Source: Raja brachyura (lineage: Eukaryota). From it: a stretch of DNA of 64,000 nucleotides. Shown here piece by piece: positions 22,435 to 35,314 of the stretch (its first letter is position 1; every line of letters starts with the position of its first letter). The notes under the pieces are model-generated. The model worked only from the letters and a program-made list of their open reading frames with translations, searched no databases and had not been told where the DNA came from. The DNA lies in the NCBI GenBank assembly GCA_963514005.1, contig OY740807.1:21018001-21082000 (forward strand), in the 5' to 3' direction. The position numbers were made by a program, and so were the translations under genes.

Positions 22435-23053
22435 AGACTGGATAGACTCGGCTTGTACTCGCTAGAATATAGAAGATTGAGGGGGGATCTTATAGAAACG
22501 TACAAAATTCTTAAGGGGTTGGACAGGCTAGATGCAGGAAGATTGTTCCCGATGTTGGAGAAGTCCAAGACAAGGGGTCACAGTTTAAGGGTAAGGGGGA
22601 AATCTTTTAGGACTGAGATGAGAAAAACATTTTTCACACAGAGAGTGGTGAATCTGTGTAATTCTCTGCCACAGAAGGTAGTTGAGGCCATTTCATTGGC
22701 TATATTTAAGAGGGAGTTAGATGTGGCCCTTGTGGCTAAAGGGATCAAGGGGTATGGAGCGAAGGCAGGTACAGGATACTGTTGGACGATCAGCCATGAT
22801 CATATTGAATGGCGGTGCAGACTCGAAGGGCCGAATGGCCTACTGCACCTATTTTCTATGTTGAGGTGGAAAAGCTATTCAGGAGACAGAAAAGCCGGAA
22901 ATCTCCAAGACCGGATGATGTTTCCCCCTCTATCCTCAAGCTCTGTGCCGAACAACTGGCACCAGTCAACACAGACATTTTCAATCAGTCCCTGCAATCC
23001 TTAGGGTAGGCTCGAAGGGCCGAATGGCCTACTCCCATTTTCTATGTTTCTAT
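22435..23053 (+). mobile_element. Chimeric insertion: young CR1 3' end + Rex1/Babar-like RT fragment + second CR1 tail
   Basis: RLDRLGLYSLEYRRLRGDLIETYKIL.. to the tail at 22862. 22863-23000 encodes KSPRPDDVSPSILKLCAEQLAPVNTDIFNQSL. The tail is repeated at 23007-23053. Confidence 0.85.
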
Positions 23054-25445
23054 AAAAGCAGGCCATCAAGGACAAGTTGGGCCGAGGAGCCTATTTCAGT
23101 GTTCTGTCATCCTCTGACTGCTGCCCAAGGTACCAGCCTGCCCAGACATGGTCGTACTAGAGACAAAGGGCTGGATGGTCCTCTGCACTTATAAGGTGTG
23201 CTGGAGGCTGAGTAAGCTCCAAGCTGTGAGTAGGTTTTGCGTGGTGTACCATTGAGGCCATCTCTGCAATACCCTAACGTCTTTTGACAATTTACCGGCC
23301 AAATGCTTTTGAACTGTTTTTAATTGCTTCCGATTGTCAGAGACTTCAGGAGATCCTGAGGATACTGTCCCATGCCTTACCATTTTCGGTTGCTTCATCA
23401 ATAACCTTCTTCAGTCATAAGGTCAGAAGTAGAGATGTTTACTACTGATAGTGCAATGATCAACAACCCATTGGATAATGAAGGAGTCCACAACCAAATG
23501 CACCAAGAGCTGGGCTGATGGGTGACAAGTAACATTTGTCAAGCAATAATGATATCCAACAAGAGAAAATCCAGCTTCACTCCCTGACATTAAATGGCAT
23601 TACCAAACTGAGCACCTAATCCTGGTCATGAATTTGCGGAAATATATTGTCTCTTATCTCAGTATACATTTTTCTTCATTGCAAGGAGGTGGGCATATTT
23701 ATTAAATATTGTAAGGAGGTCCATATTTATTGTCAACCCGTTGCCTTAAGATGTGGTGGACAGGTTGCAGTGATATGATACAATTGAAAGGGTCACTAGG
23801 TCAATTCAAAGCATGATGGAGAGTCAACCATGAAAATATGGAGCTGGAACAGATGCTACTGCTTAATGGTGAATGGCTTAATTCCTTAAAGAATAACAAT
23901 GAACCTTTGGGGATTTTATGACCACCTGATAGCTCATGGCCACTGATGGATGTCAGCTGCTTTTTCACAGAATGTATTTTTCAAACTGTTTTTAAATTTG
24001 CCAGATTGATTATCAGCCAAAGTGTACATAACTATAATAGAAAATAAAATCCATTTTCTTTTTTGTAAGGGAGAAGGAATTTGCTTTGTGGTTTTGTATC
24101 ACCTGACAGGAAATATTTTGGATGCCTGTGGCCTCACTCAATTTGTAATAACTGACTCTGCCCAGGAGGGTCAGGGTGTGTGTTTTAAATAGAATTGCTT
24201 GCTGGAACAACTAAATACTTGGTTCCTGCCAGGTTATGTGAAGGTGCATAGATGTTGCAGCATGCAGCAAATTTGCTGTTTTATTTACATAATTAATCCT
24301 ATGGGTTGCCAAGTTAAATTCATGTCACGCCCTCATTGAGGTGAAAGGAAAGGATCCCACGGTGAGGATGTTCACGTGCTCGACCCTGCTTGCTGGTGAA
24401 TAGTTTATTGTAGATGGGTAGATGTAATGTTGTAATTGGTTTTCAAACTAAGATTACAATATACTTTTTACATGCTTAGATAAAATTTAAGCAAGTGAAA
24501 TTCACTTCTGCTAGGGTACTACAAGGGAAGAAGGACATAAGAATATTAAAAAAAAATAGGAGTAGTCTTTGACCCATCAAGCTTGTGGTACTATTCATCG
24601 AGATAATATTGATCTGCTGTATTATTCTCGTATTTCTTGATTTCCTTAATAACCAGAAATCTATCAACTATTTTGAATGATTTCAATGACGGAGCCTCTG
24701 TACGTCTCTGGAGAATTCCAAAGGCACTCTACTTTCTGAGTGGAGAAATTTCACATCTGCTCTAAACGGCATTCCCCTGATTCAGAGAATCTTACCCTGG
24801 GTTTTGTACTCTCCAACCTCCTCACGTCCACCCTGCCAACCTTTTCACAATTCGGGTAGACAACGGGGCATGACATCACATTGGCAATGATGCCGTGGGC
24901 AAGGGATCATATTAAGTTGTTGCCTAATTGGAGGAAGATGGACCCACTCTGACTGCATGGAAGCAATCTTGGGTTGTGCCCTTCACTTGACACCAAACCA
25001 GTCTCGGACTCTGATTAAGACCCGCTTTAGTATTCTTGCAGGCCTCCGGCTAGAATTTTGCAGGGCAATACGTAACAGATTTGTAAGCTATTTGATGACA
25101 CTCTGCACAACATTCTGCATGAGCTAGCGCATTACATACCCAGATCGCCCTGCAGCGCTTCATTATTTTAATTCCAGACTCATTAATAGAACTGGTGCAT
25201 GTCCAATAACATTAATATCCACAAAGATCAACACTACTAGGTTCAATAAATTCACAACATGAATTGCAGGTAAATATTTGCAGTTGCATAAGTCTTGCAT
25301 CCTCATAAATCTTGGCCTTCCACAAATTCACATGAAAGTTACATAAACATATTTTGGCCAGACAAAATATTAGTTTATTTTATTTTAAGCAAGGCGAAAC
25401 CATTTGATTTGCATCAGTAATTTGTTTCTTTTGTGTTTTGTATAG

Positions 25446-25581
25446 TTCGCTCTTCCCAGACGTGGTGAACTGCATGCAGACGGACAACCTGGAGCTGAAG
25501 AAACTTGTTTATCTCTACCTCATGAACTATGCTAAGAATCAGCCTGACATGGCCATCATGGCAGTGAATAGCTTTGTCAAG
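25446..25581 (+). CDS. AP2B1: AP2B1 coding exon 3
   Basis: [45 protein letters not shown] (NSFVK is beta2-type); 136 nt. Confidence 0.97.
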
Positions 25582-26479
25582 GTATAGTCATAAATCCTAA
25601 AAGATATTGTGCATAAAGATCTTTTCCAGATAGCACAAAGTAAGATGAATCAGAAAACGCATCTATTTCAGGATTAGATTAAAGAGTGGCATTGCGGTTA
25701 GTTTTAGCCTTCCTGTCTTAAGGATAGGATGGATGAATCGGTGTACGAGCAATAAACTACTATCCACTGATGTTTTCTGGTTAGGAAATACGACTGTCTG
25801 GATATCTGGTGAAGCCTTTATTGGGCTTTGTAGCTATTTGTGGCTTGAAGTCGCCATAATTTGTAATTATTCAGATGTGGTAATATGTTTTACGGATACT
25901 TATAATCTGACCCAAGATATCTTCTATTTGCTGATCACAGTGCCAGAGAAACATTTTGTTAGTCCTCATCCTGCTCTTTGCTGAACTCCTGTATTGCCTT
26001 TCCCCTCTCTAGTCCTGTTAGTGACTGTAAAATGATACACAATGTTATGTTTTTTGACTTCAGTTTCATAATGTGAGACAAATATCATTACACTGATAAC
26101 CACAAAGCCCTGACAGACCTGGTACTGAAGTATATTCATGGCAACAATGTGAGGTTCCACACTTATTGGAGTGCTTCTGTGCCAAAGTTTGCTGATGAGA
26201 ACCTTTCAAATGAATGTAACAGATGTAAGCAGGGGAAGAGTAATCTGTGCCACCCTCTATTATTAAGTGAGATGATAGCTGAAATTGTGCACTAACTCCA
26301 ATCTCCTGCACTATCCCTATATCTGTTTCCCTTAGTTCCCAGAAAACGACCACAATCAGCAATGGAATATATCAGCGGTATGTCCGTAGCATCTGTAGAA
26401 AATGTCAATGTTTCATACCCTCTAAATAAAGAAATAGTTTTATCCTCATCCAAAACAGTATAAGATGTGGGATCTGCCA

Positions 26480-27830
26480 ACATTACCATGCATGGGGCAG
26501 GATAGGTCTGGCAGGATGTGTGACTGGGTTGTTTGTGAGATGGCATGATCTTTCCACCACTTATGAGGGACGTCTACATGCAGCTGATGCATGAACGTGA
26601 GATTCTTGAAACTATCTTAAATGCTCTCTCTTTATTTAAATGGTCATGGGCTGCAAATTCTCAGAAGTCATTTTGAATGTTGTATTTATTCTTGGAGGTT
26701 TGTGCATATCCTGAATTGTATCCTTCTGTCAGACTGGGTAATCTCATCCCATTGTAGGGCTCGAATAGAGTCTGCTGTGGGTGTCTGATCTTAAGTGTCT
26801 GAAAATTGTGGCCTGCCCAACATAACTGACAGTATAACGAGAGCCCCAATGCTGGGGATGTTACCCTGCAAGATTTGCTTGGCCTTCCAGTGAAATTGGA
26901 GGATTTTGTGGAGACAACATTGGTGGTATCTTCCACTGCCTTGATGTTTCTTTTGAGGATCATATCCCTACATGGATGGAATCTGCACAACAACTTGGTA
27001 GCAGTCCAAATGTGGACCGTGTAATTGTGGATTTGTGATTGAAGTCTTTCACTGACAAATTTCAAAGCTATTTTCCTGAGTTATAGCTTTTTAAACTAAT
27101 TGTGGGGTGAGTTGTGGCAACAAGACTAAGTTAGAAATGCCCATGTGGAATGGAGTGAAGGATACTCTCACCAAGGACTTCAATTGAGCTGGTCTTGAAA
27201 GTGGCCCCCTCCAGACTGCTGCTCTGTTCCTAATGAGTTCACCTCCATCCTCTGCATTCATTAGGCGGGGCCTTCAGTATTTGTGCTGTTAGGTGCCTGC
27301 AGAGCTGTTTCCTTTCTTTTGATAAATTGCAGAGCTTTGAGTCCAGGAGAGCCATGTGCTTGAAGTAAATTATCCTTGATCTTCTGATTATACTCATCAA
27401 CCAGTTCCCGGTTCTTCTTGATAGAGAAGTTAAGAGTGTTTTTGTATTTCACAGCTTTGTTGGAGGTTAGGGCAGCCCATAAGCGGTGAACACTTTATGG
27501 TTACTGTAAATTAGGGGTTGATAGATTGTCTGTGAGGCACTGTCTGAAAAGGATAATCTTTGATGGGGTCATTCTGACTTCAACATTGATCTTCTAGCAG
27601 CAACTCTGATGTTTTGCTGCAGTTGATGAAGATAATAAGTGGATCAGGCAGCTAGCAGCTAGTCCAGCAGTCGTCATTACCTGACATGGCGCGAGTGATG
27701 AGGACACCATCATGGTCCCACGCTCAGATAATGTGTAATTTAACAGGTACTTGGCCTAAGACTGTTATTACGGCATCTTCTGGGAAACACAATGTAGATT
27801 ATGATAAACAGCTTTTCAAGAGAAATATTC
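26480..27830 (-). mobile_element. Old decayed RTE-clade LINE fragment
   Basis: Minus strand near 27760-27650 reads DGVLITRAMSGNDDCWT (RTE endonuclease end motif DVLITRAM..DCWTDH), with degenerate RT remnants downstream. Confidence 0.65.
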
Positions 27831-28989
27831 CTTTGGAGTTGCCCTTTGCTTTTACTTGCAGAGGATTGTGTTCCTTCCCAATCTTGCATGCACTCGTATC
27901 TTTCCAATAATGTGGCCATTAAAACTCTAGACAAATACTAAAATAATGCATATTACTAATTGCATACCTTTCTGGTATAATCTTGCAGTTCCTTTATTCA
28001 TGCTTTGGCGTAGAAAAGAACACACCCTGCATGCCTTTTTAAAAGTTCAGGTTATGCCCCTGTTCTGATGCCTTTAATGGTCCATTCGCAAACACTCTGG
28101 TCCTTAGATTTCTCCAATCTTCTCCATACCCTGCAATTTATTGTATCTATCTTTCTTGTGCATCCACTGACGCAGTAATTAGTTTGCTCTTCCCTGGATT
28201 AAATCCCACTTACCTATTGCAGCACAGAAATATTTTGCCCATTAGGACCATGTGAATTCCCAGTGCAGCAATCTCTTAGTACCATGCATCACCTTCCTTT
28301 CCTAGCACATTCTGTCATTTCCCCACTGTCTTTTTCACCATTTCCAGCCTTCCCTCTCCCACCCAACTACATCTGTCAATCAAAGTCACAAGTCAAAAGA
28401 GTTTATTGTCATGTGTCCCTGACAGGACAATGAAAATCTTTCTTTGCATAGCACAACAGGACATAGAAGGCATTGACTACAATTCTATACATAAATACAC
28501 CCATGACTTAATAAATTAATAAAGTGCAAATAACAGATGGAGGGATATTAATGATTAGAGTTCCGAGCCAGGTTTAATAGCCTGATGGCTGTGGGGAAGT
28601 AGCTATTCTTAAACCGGGTTGTTGCAGTCTTCAGGCTCTTCCGCATTGACCCTTCCGCATTGTTTACCAGCTTTTGCCCGACCCAGTCCCTTCACTTCTT
28701 CATAGTGGCTATTTCCCCTTTGCTCTTTCAGTCCAGATGAAGGATCCTGGCCTGAAATGTTGACTGTCCCCTTCTTGTCCCCGGCTTGGCCTGTCGAGTT
28801 CCTACAGCAGATTGTTTGTTACTCCAGATTCCAGCATCTGCAGTCTCTTTGATTTCCATGTCTTTATTAATAAATATAATAAAAAATAAAGAATCGAGTA
28901 TGATGCCTTTCGAACCACAGTGGGAAGAGGTTCTTATGCTCTATTCGCTGCCATTGAGCCCCAAAATAATCCAATTTGCCACTCCTTCT

Positions 28990-29700
28990 GACCCTATGGG
29001 CATTTTTCGCCAAGTTGCCATGTAGGACTTTGTCAAAAGCTTTGCTGAAACCTTGATTGATACTGCATTAATCACCCTCTTCAATAATTCTTCAGTATGT
29101 TTGTTCAAATTAGTCAGACATGACTTTCCCCAACCAAATCTAAGATGCTTCTTTTTGAAGGTTGATACTGTCTCTCAGAATCGATCCCAGTAACTTTTCC
29201 ACCATCGAGGTTAAACTAACAGATTCGTAATTACCTGGTTGATCTCTTGGTCCATTTTAAACAATGGTATAACCTTAGCAATTCTCGGTGTCTCTGATAC
29301 CACCCCTGTGGCCAGAGATGATTGAAAATTGTAATTGGAGCCTCTGCAATTCCTCCTTTGCTGGTTTTAGCCTTGTGTTATACATTCCATATGGGTAGTG
29401 ATTTATCTGCTTCCAAGAATTCCAAATGTTTTGAAATGGAGCTCATTCCATTTAATATTTCACACTAGTGCTCTTAAAAGGCAGTGTCCGCTTTATTCCC
29501 CACTATTTTAAAGACAGCTGCAAGGTGTGAGTGCTACCTGCACGTACATGTTCCCTTATTGCCCCTAATATTTTCTCAGTTATAATTTGTATTTTATGTA
29601 CTCATAAAAAAAATCCTTGCATTTTGTACAATTTTACTTGCCATCACTTTTTTTTCCTGACTCCTGTCTGCTTTCCTAATTTCCCCCCTTTTCCTTTCTA
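28990..29700 (-). mobile_element. Old CR1 LINE ORF2 fragment
   Basis: ggactttgtcaaaagctttgctgaaa and gttaaactaacag..gtaattacctgg are reverse complements of the CR1 RT motifs DFSKAFDKV and PGNYRPVSLT. Confidence 0.65.
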
Positions 29701-29884
29701 TATTCTTCACTGTTTTACACTGTATTGTGCTCTTGGTCTCTGATATAAATTTTCCCCTTTTTGTTTCATCTTGTCCTTTGTAGACCTCTTCATTTAGGGT
29801 GCTCCAAATGTGGTATCCATTTTCTCTTTATGGGAGTGCTTTTACCCTGAACTCTACTTATGGCTAGTCATTCTATCCTGTACC

Positions 29885-30412
29885 CCTCTCAGTCTGCCTG
29901 AACCTACCTGATCTCCCGGTTGCTAAACACCTTAATTCTCCTTCCCATACCCACAGAGACCTTTCTGTCCTAGGTCTCCTCCATTGTCAGAGTGAGGCTA
30001 AACGTAAATTGGAGGAACAGCATCTCATATTTCGCTTTGGGCAGCTTGCAATAATCAGTGGTATAAATATTTATTTCTCTAACTTGAGGTAGCGTCGGCA
30101 TTCCCTCTCTCTCTATCTCTTTTCCCCCCCCCCCATCCAAGTCGCACTAGCTTCTCGTTTTCACGCAACAAATAGCTAACAATGGCCTGTTTCCTTTATC
30201 ATCGTTACCGTTTTGCATATCTTTCATTCATTGTTCTTTATCTCTCTACATCATCGCCTATATCTCTCGTTTCCCTTATCCCTAACCAGTCTGAAGAAGG
30301 GTTTCGACCCGAAGCATCACCCACTCCTTCTCTTTGCCTGTCCCGTTGAGGTACTCCAGCTTTTTGTGTCTATCTTTGGTTTAAACCAGCATCTGCAGTT
30401 CCTTCCTACACT
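29885..30412 (+). mobile_element. Penelope-like element 3' part
   Basis: PVAKHLNSPSHTHRDLSVLGLLHCQSEAKRKLEEQHLIFR (GIY-YIG C-terminus), then the terminal repeat with ctgaagaagggtttcgacccgaag. Confidence 0.85.
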
Positions 30413-31333
30413 ACCCTGTACAGTGTCAATGCAAACATTGAGATGAATATCTTCCTCGACAGAAATTAACAAGTCTCTTATTGAAGAAGTTAATTTGTGG
30501 GTTTAGGAATTGTGAATGAGCTCAAATATAATTGAAGTCTCAGGGATTTGATAGTGCCTTGCCAGGTATAGGTAGCACTTCTGGGAGCCAGGCTTATCTT
30601 TAGCAACAATAAAGCAGGAAACAGGATTTGAGGTCGAAGACCCTTAATATGAACACTCTTTGCACAGATGTTGCCATTTTTGCTTTTTACTTTGTATTTC
30701 CAGGAGTTGCAATTTTTAAATCTTTACGTTCACCTTTTTTTGATTATGATAAATTTGCCTCTGTCTCTTGACTAAAAGATTGCTGTGAAATGAGTAGTCC
30801 TTCTGTTAATTTAATAATTAATCAGTAATGGGGCTGGGGGGAATTCACATTGGCATGGAAGCAGCTGTGCCGAGATTGCAGCAGTCTCAGCACAGCAGCA
30901 CTGCTATTAGTCGTCGTATAATTGGGCTTGTGGAACTTGCTTTCAATGCTATTAAAATGAAATAAAAATAGAAATCTGGCAACAGATAGCAGATCAGACA
31001 TCAGCCGTGGTGAGAGAAAAAAAAAACAAAGTGTAAGATTAGTGCATTTGATGATATGTAAGCGTTCTAATGTGAGTTTTGTTTTATCTGAAACATGTAC
31101 AGATTTTCTGTCTCCAGGTGCTATTGACCTGATGAGTGTGTTCAACATTTCTTGTGTAATTCAGATTTCCACCAGCGCCTGGATTTTGCCTTCAGGTCAC
31201 TAAAATGAATATGTTGCTCTCCTTATGTGCACCTCACAATAAAAGTGCTCAGTCATTTTTCATAATTTGTGATGTTCTCAAATTGACACATCATGCTAGT
31301 TTTGATCTTGATTTATATGTCCTGTCCTTGCAG

Positions 31334-31579
31334 GATTGTGAAGATCCAAATCCTTTGATCAGAGCTCTGGCAGTCCGTACAATGGGTTGCATCCGTGTCG
31401 ACAAAATAACCGAGTATCTGTGTGAGCCTCTTCGTAAGTGTCTGAAAGATGAGGACCCATACGTTCGTAAAACAGCAGCAGTCTGCGTGGCCAAACTGCA
31501 TGACATCAACGCCCAAATGGTAGAGGATCAAGGCTTCCTGGATTCTCTACGTGACCTGATTGCTGACTCAAACCCCATG
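31334..31579 (+). CDS. AP2B1: AP2B1 coding exon 4
   Basis: [55 protein letters not shown]...DSNPM; 246 nt. Confidence 0.97.
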
Positions 31580-32499
31580 GTATGAGACTTGTTCCTACTG
31601 TGTATGAATTAGATTTGATTTGATTTATTACGATTGTGTTCCTTTTTTCAGTAAAGGGCAAATATTAACAATTCACAAAGTTGTAATCCAGATCAATGTC
31701 TACTTAATCTTTTTCAGAAGGCAAGAGTATGATTTCTCCTTGGTTTGATGGATGTAGGATTCAATGTAATACATTTGTTTGCTCCCAGTTCAATAACTAC
31801 AGGTTCATAGTACTGATCAATAGATCTACAATTCTGCAGTACAAGTAGATTTGCTTAGACTCATGTTACCACTTGACTCAGCTACTCTCCTAATGGCATG
31901 CTCATTTCACAAGCCAAGATTTGCTCTTCAGAAGAAAGGTTTTCGACTTCTTGAGTCTTTGGCTGATGCAGGTTCTGAGTAAGAGTTGTCTACTGCTGTC
32001 TTGTATCATTTTTCAATACTTGAAGCGTCCCGTTTTAAATTACTTCATGACCTCTGTGGAAAAGCACAATACTCTAATATTACTCTTCAACTTCAGCTTC
32101 CTCTTTCATCCTTTTACTGCTAATTATTCACCAGTATGGAAACAATTCTTCATTCTTTATTTTGTAAGCAGGTTCTGAAATTGAAAAGATATTGTTTCCT
32201 GCTTTAATATTGTTCAATGATTTTACATTCATTTTTCTTCAAGTGTATAAACATTTGTTCGTCACACAGTTCTTGAGAATCTTTGATTTTCATTACAATA
32301 ATCCTTCCTATAATGCCCAGATATTCATTGGTGGCTTCAACAGTATCTATGTATTTCCCTAGTTGCTTTTACATTAATTGCTCCATGTTTCAGGCCCAGC
32401 GTCTTCCTAGCCACTTCAATGACTCTGTGCCCATTCAGTCCACTCTGGTTCTACTTTGAAAGAACTATCCTATTAGACGAGCAGTGGACTAGCAGAGAG

Positions 32500-32810
32500 G
32501 TCCTCTCTCTCTATCCCTCATTCACCCAAGTCGTTGTACTGGCTTCAAAGTCATCATGTTGAGTCTCATTGTCTGTAACACATTTTCACCTAGCCCACAG
32601 ATAATAATGGCCTGTTTCCTTTATCATCATTACTTTTATGCATATCATTCATTCAATTGTTCTATACCTCTCTATATCACCGTCTATATCTTTCATTTTC
32701 CTTTCCCCGACTCTCAGCCTGAGGCAGGGTCTCGACCCGAAAAGACACCCTTTCCTTTTCTCCAGAGATGCTGTCTGACCCACTGTTACTCCAGCCTTTT
32801 GTGTCTATCT
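32500..32810 (+). mobile_element. Penelope-like terminal remnant
   Basis: Same 3' UTR and terminal repeat as the copy at 29885-30412. Confidence 0.75.
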
Positions 32811-34374
32811 TAGCTTTAGGAAGGCTTCTGCACCGCTGCTGGGCTTCATGTGCAGTTGAGCAGCACAGCAGACTATTGGACTCGCTGTCCTTGTATTGTA
32901 CAACTTGCAAACGTCTCCCTTTCACATTTACATCACAAGAAAATAGGAGCTGGGGTAGACCAGCTGGCCTCTCAGGCCTGCCCATCATGCAGTATGATTC
33001 TGGCTGAACTATACTGGCCTCAATTTCTCCCTTGTACCAGTTCTCTTAGAAAGTCATCATTGATTAAACAGATTCAGAAACATTTTAAGGAAGCTTCAAA
33101 CTGGAAATGGCTAGAGTAAGTGATAAAGGCTAGAGGTGAAAAGGAAACAAAAAGGTGCCAGATAAGAAAGGAAGAGGATAGAAATGGAAAGCTGGAAGGA
33201 CGGAAATGGATGGAAGGAAACGGGGGAGGGGGAAGCGGGGGGTGGGGGAAAAGAGGGAAATTAGGAGCTTAGGGATGGGAGATGAGTGTACAAAGGAGGG
33301 GAAAGGAGCAGGATGACTGGGACAGTGGGAGAAATATGTGTGTATCAGGTTAGCGGGGGTGTAGGAGAAAGAAATGAGGGGATGGGGAGCTATTCCTTAA
33401 AAATGGAAACCCCTGCTCCATCTGCCTATATCTCTCCCTCTGGCATTATAGCTTCCTGTAGCCATTGTCAGTTGCACTAGATACCTGCCAATCAAATCCA
33501 CCTCATCTGTATCTGTTTGTTGTTGCCAGGTCTTGTCCCACCCCCACCTCTCTTTTCCAGCTTCCTCCCTCTATCCAACCATTCTGAAGCAAGGTCCTGA
33601 CCGGAAACGTGGTCTATCCATTCCCTTCACAGATGTGGCCTGACCCGCTGTGTTCCTGCCGCACTTTTTTTTTTTCGCAGAAGATTCCAGCATCTGAGAT
33701 TTATTGAGTCTCTATGGTCTCTTGAAAACTGTGCAGTTACTATTCTTCAAGTCAGCTTATTTGGAGACTGAGCCTGGATTTTCTTGTGCTTTATGGGCTA
33801 GTTGTGTGCAATGGTTTATTTACCCACTGAGCCTCTGTTGCACAGCAAACGAAATGCAAATCAACAAGAAATGTTGTCAAAATGTCTCTGCTCTGTATTG
33901 ATTACTGTAAACATGGCAGCCCCAGTGTTTAGTCGTACTTCTTCTTGAGCAGTCATGTTAACAATGACGCCTTTCAGTTGATTGCGTTCCTGCTTAACAC
34001 TTCCCACGTACACTCTTGAAAGATGAAAAATGGCTTGAAGCCAGGAGAGACCAGTAAGGACATTATGTGCTCTTCTTGATCAAAGCCGGTCGGTGTTTGT
34101 ACTGGCATTTAAACAAATGTGCTGCTACCTGTTCTAAAAAGGGAGTGCGCTTACACATTCAAGGATTTTAATCATTCAGCTTTCATATTGATTTTTAATG
34201 TTTATTGTACTGCTGAGACAGTACGTGTTGGGTGAGGGGGGATTGCTCCTGGCTGCCTTTACAGCTCATACTGGCCACGCAGTTAGGGTTGACATTGTGA
34301 GTTTTTGGTTAGTTCCTTTGAGTCTATTGTGGGTGGGTGCAAATTAGGGAATAAATTGTTCATGCATTTTTTTG

Positions 34375-34645
34375 TTTTAGTTTAATTTAGAGCTCCAGCC
34401 CACCGAGTCCGCGCCGACCAGCGATTCCTGCACGCTAACGCTATCCCACACATGCTAGGGACAATTTACAATTATACAAAGCCAATTAGCCTACAAACCT
34501 GTACGTCTGTGGAGTGTGGGAGGAGAAAACCCACGCAGGTCACGAGTAGAAGGTACAAACTCCGTACAGACCAAGCATCCGTAGTCAGGCTCGAACTCAG
34601 GGCTCTGGCACTGTAAGGCAGCAACTCTATTATTGCGCCACCATG
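34375..34645 (-). mobile_element. tRNA-derived HE1/V-SINE-type SINE
   Basis: Minus strand begins ggtggcgcaat..agagttgctgccttacag..gagttcgagcctgactac (A/B boxes), followed by the V-domain. Confidence 0.85.
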
Positions 34646-35314
34646 TTCAGGGTCAGCTGTTGGGTAACACTAGAGGGTAAATTAGGTCAGGGGTGATGGT
34701 CAATGATGCATGTCCCAAATCATTCAAATATCAGAGGTGGATGCTGTACATTTTGATTAGATAGTGTCAAGGAAATGTTTGTTGGTCAACTTAACACTCA
34801 CTGATGACTCACTCGCTATGGTTTCAATTAAGGTAACATATTGGCATAGATGGAACAATTGACTGACTCACAGAAAACAGAAGGCATTTAATTGAAACAG
34901 AAGATTCTGAGAGGTCTTGACAGGGCATTGGGGGTGAAGTTGGATCCTCTTCTGGGAGAATCTAAAATGAAGGGTCACTGTAAAGGGTTGATCATTTAAA
35001 ACAGTTGAGGTAAATTATCGGTCCATAATCTCACCATGGGTTGTGTCTTTGTACCTCTCTTTTTCACAGGACAGTGGATGCAGAGTCAATTAATATTTCT
35101 GAGGCAGATTCTTGACGAGCAAGGGGATGAAACTTCACTGGGTAGATGGAAATGCAGAGTTTAAGTTACAGTGACATTAGCCATGATAAAGTTGGCTTGA
35201 GGATCCAACTGGCTACTCCTTAATTGTATATTTATACAAATCCGGATATGCGCGTTCATACAGGAAACATAGAAAAATAGGTGCAGGAGTAGGCCCTTCG
35301 AACAAGCACCTGCT

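Noticed and set aside
22363-23004. 213-aa ORF as a nested gene
   Set aside because: Read-through across stacked CR1 and Rex1 fragments; no independent gene structure.
30864-30896. 33-nt near-perfect palindrome gctgtgccgagattgcagcagtctcagcacagc
   Set aside because: Too short for a pre-miRNA and seen only once; compatible with chance or local template switching.
34375-34645. tRNA-like A/B boxes here and at 50695 and 57788 as tRNA genes
   Set aside because: These are SINE heads followed by a V-domain and a LINE-type tail, with no complete cloverleaf.
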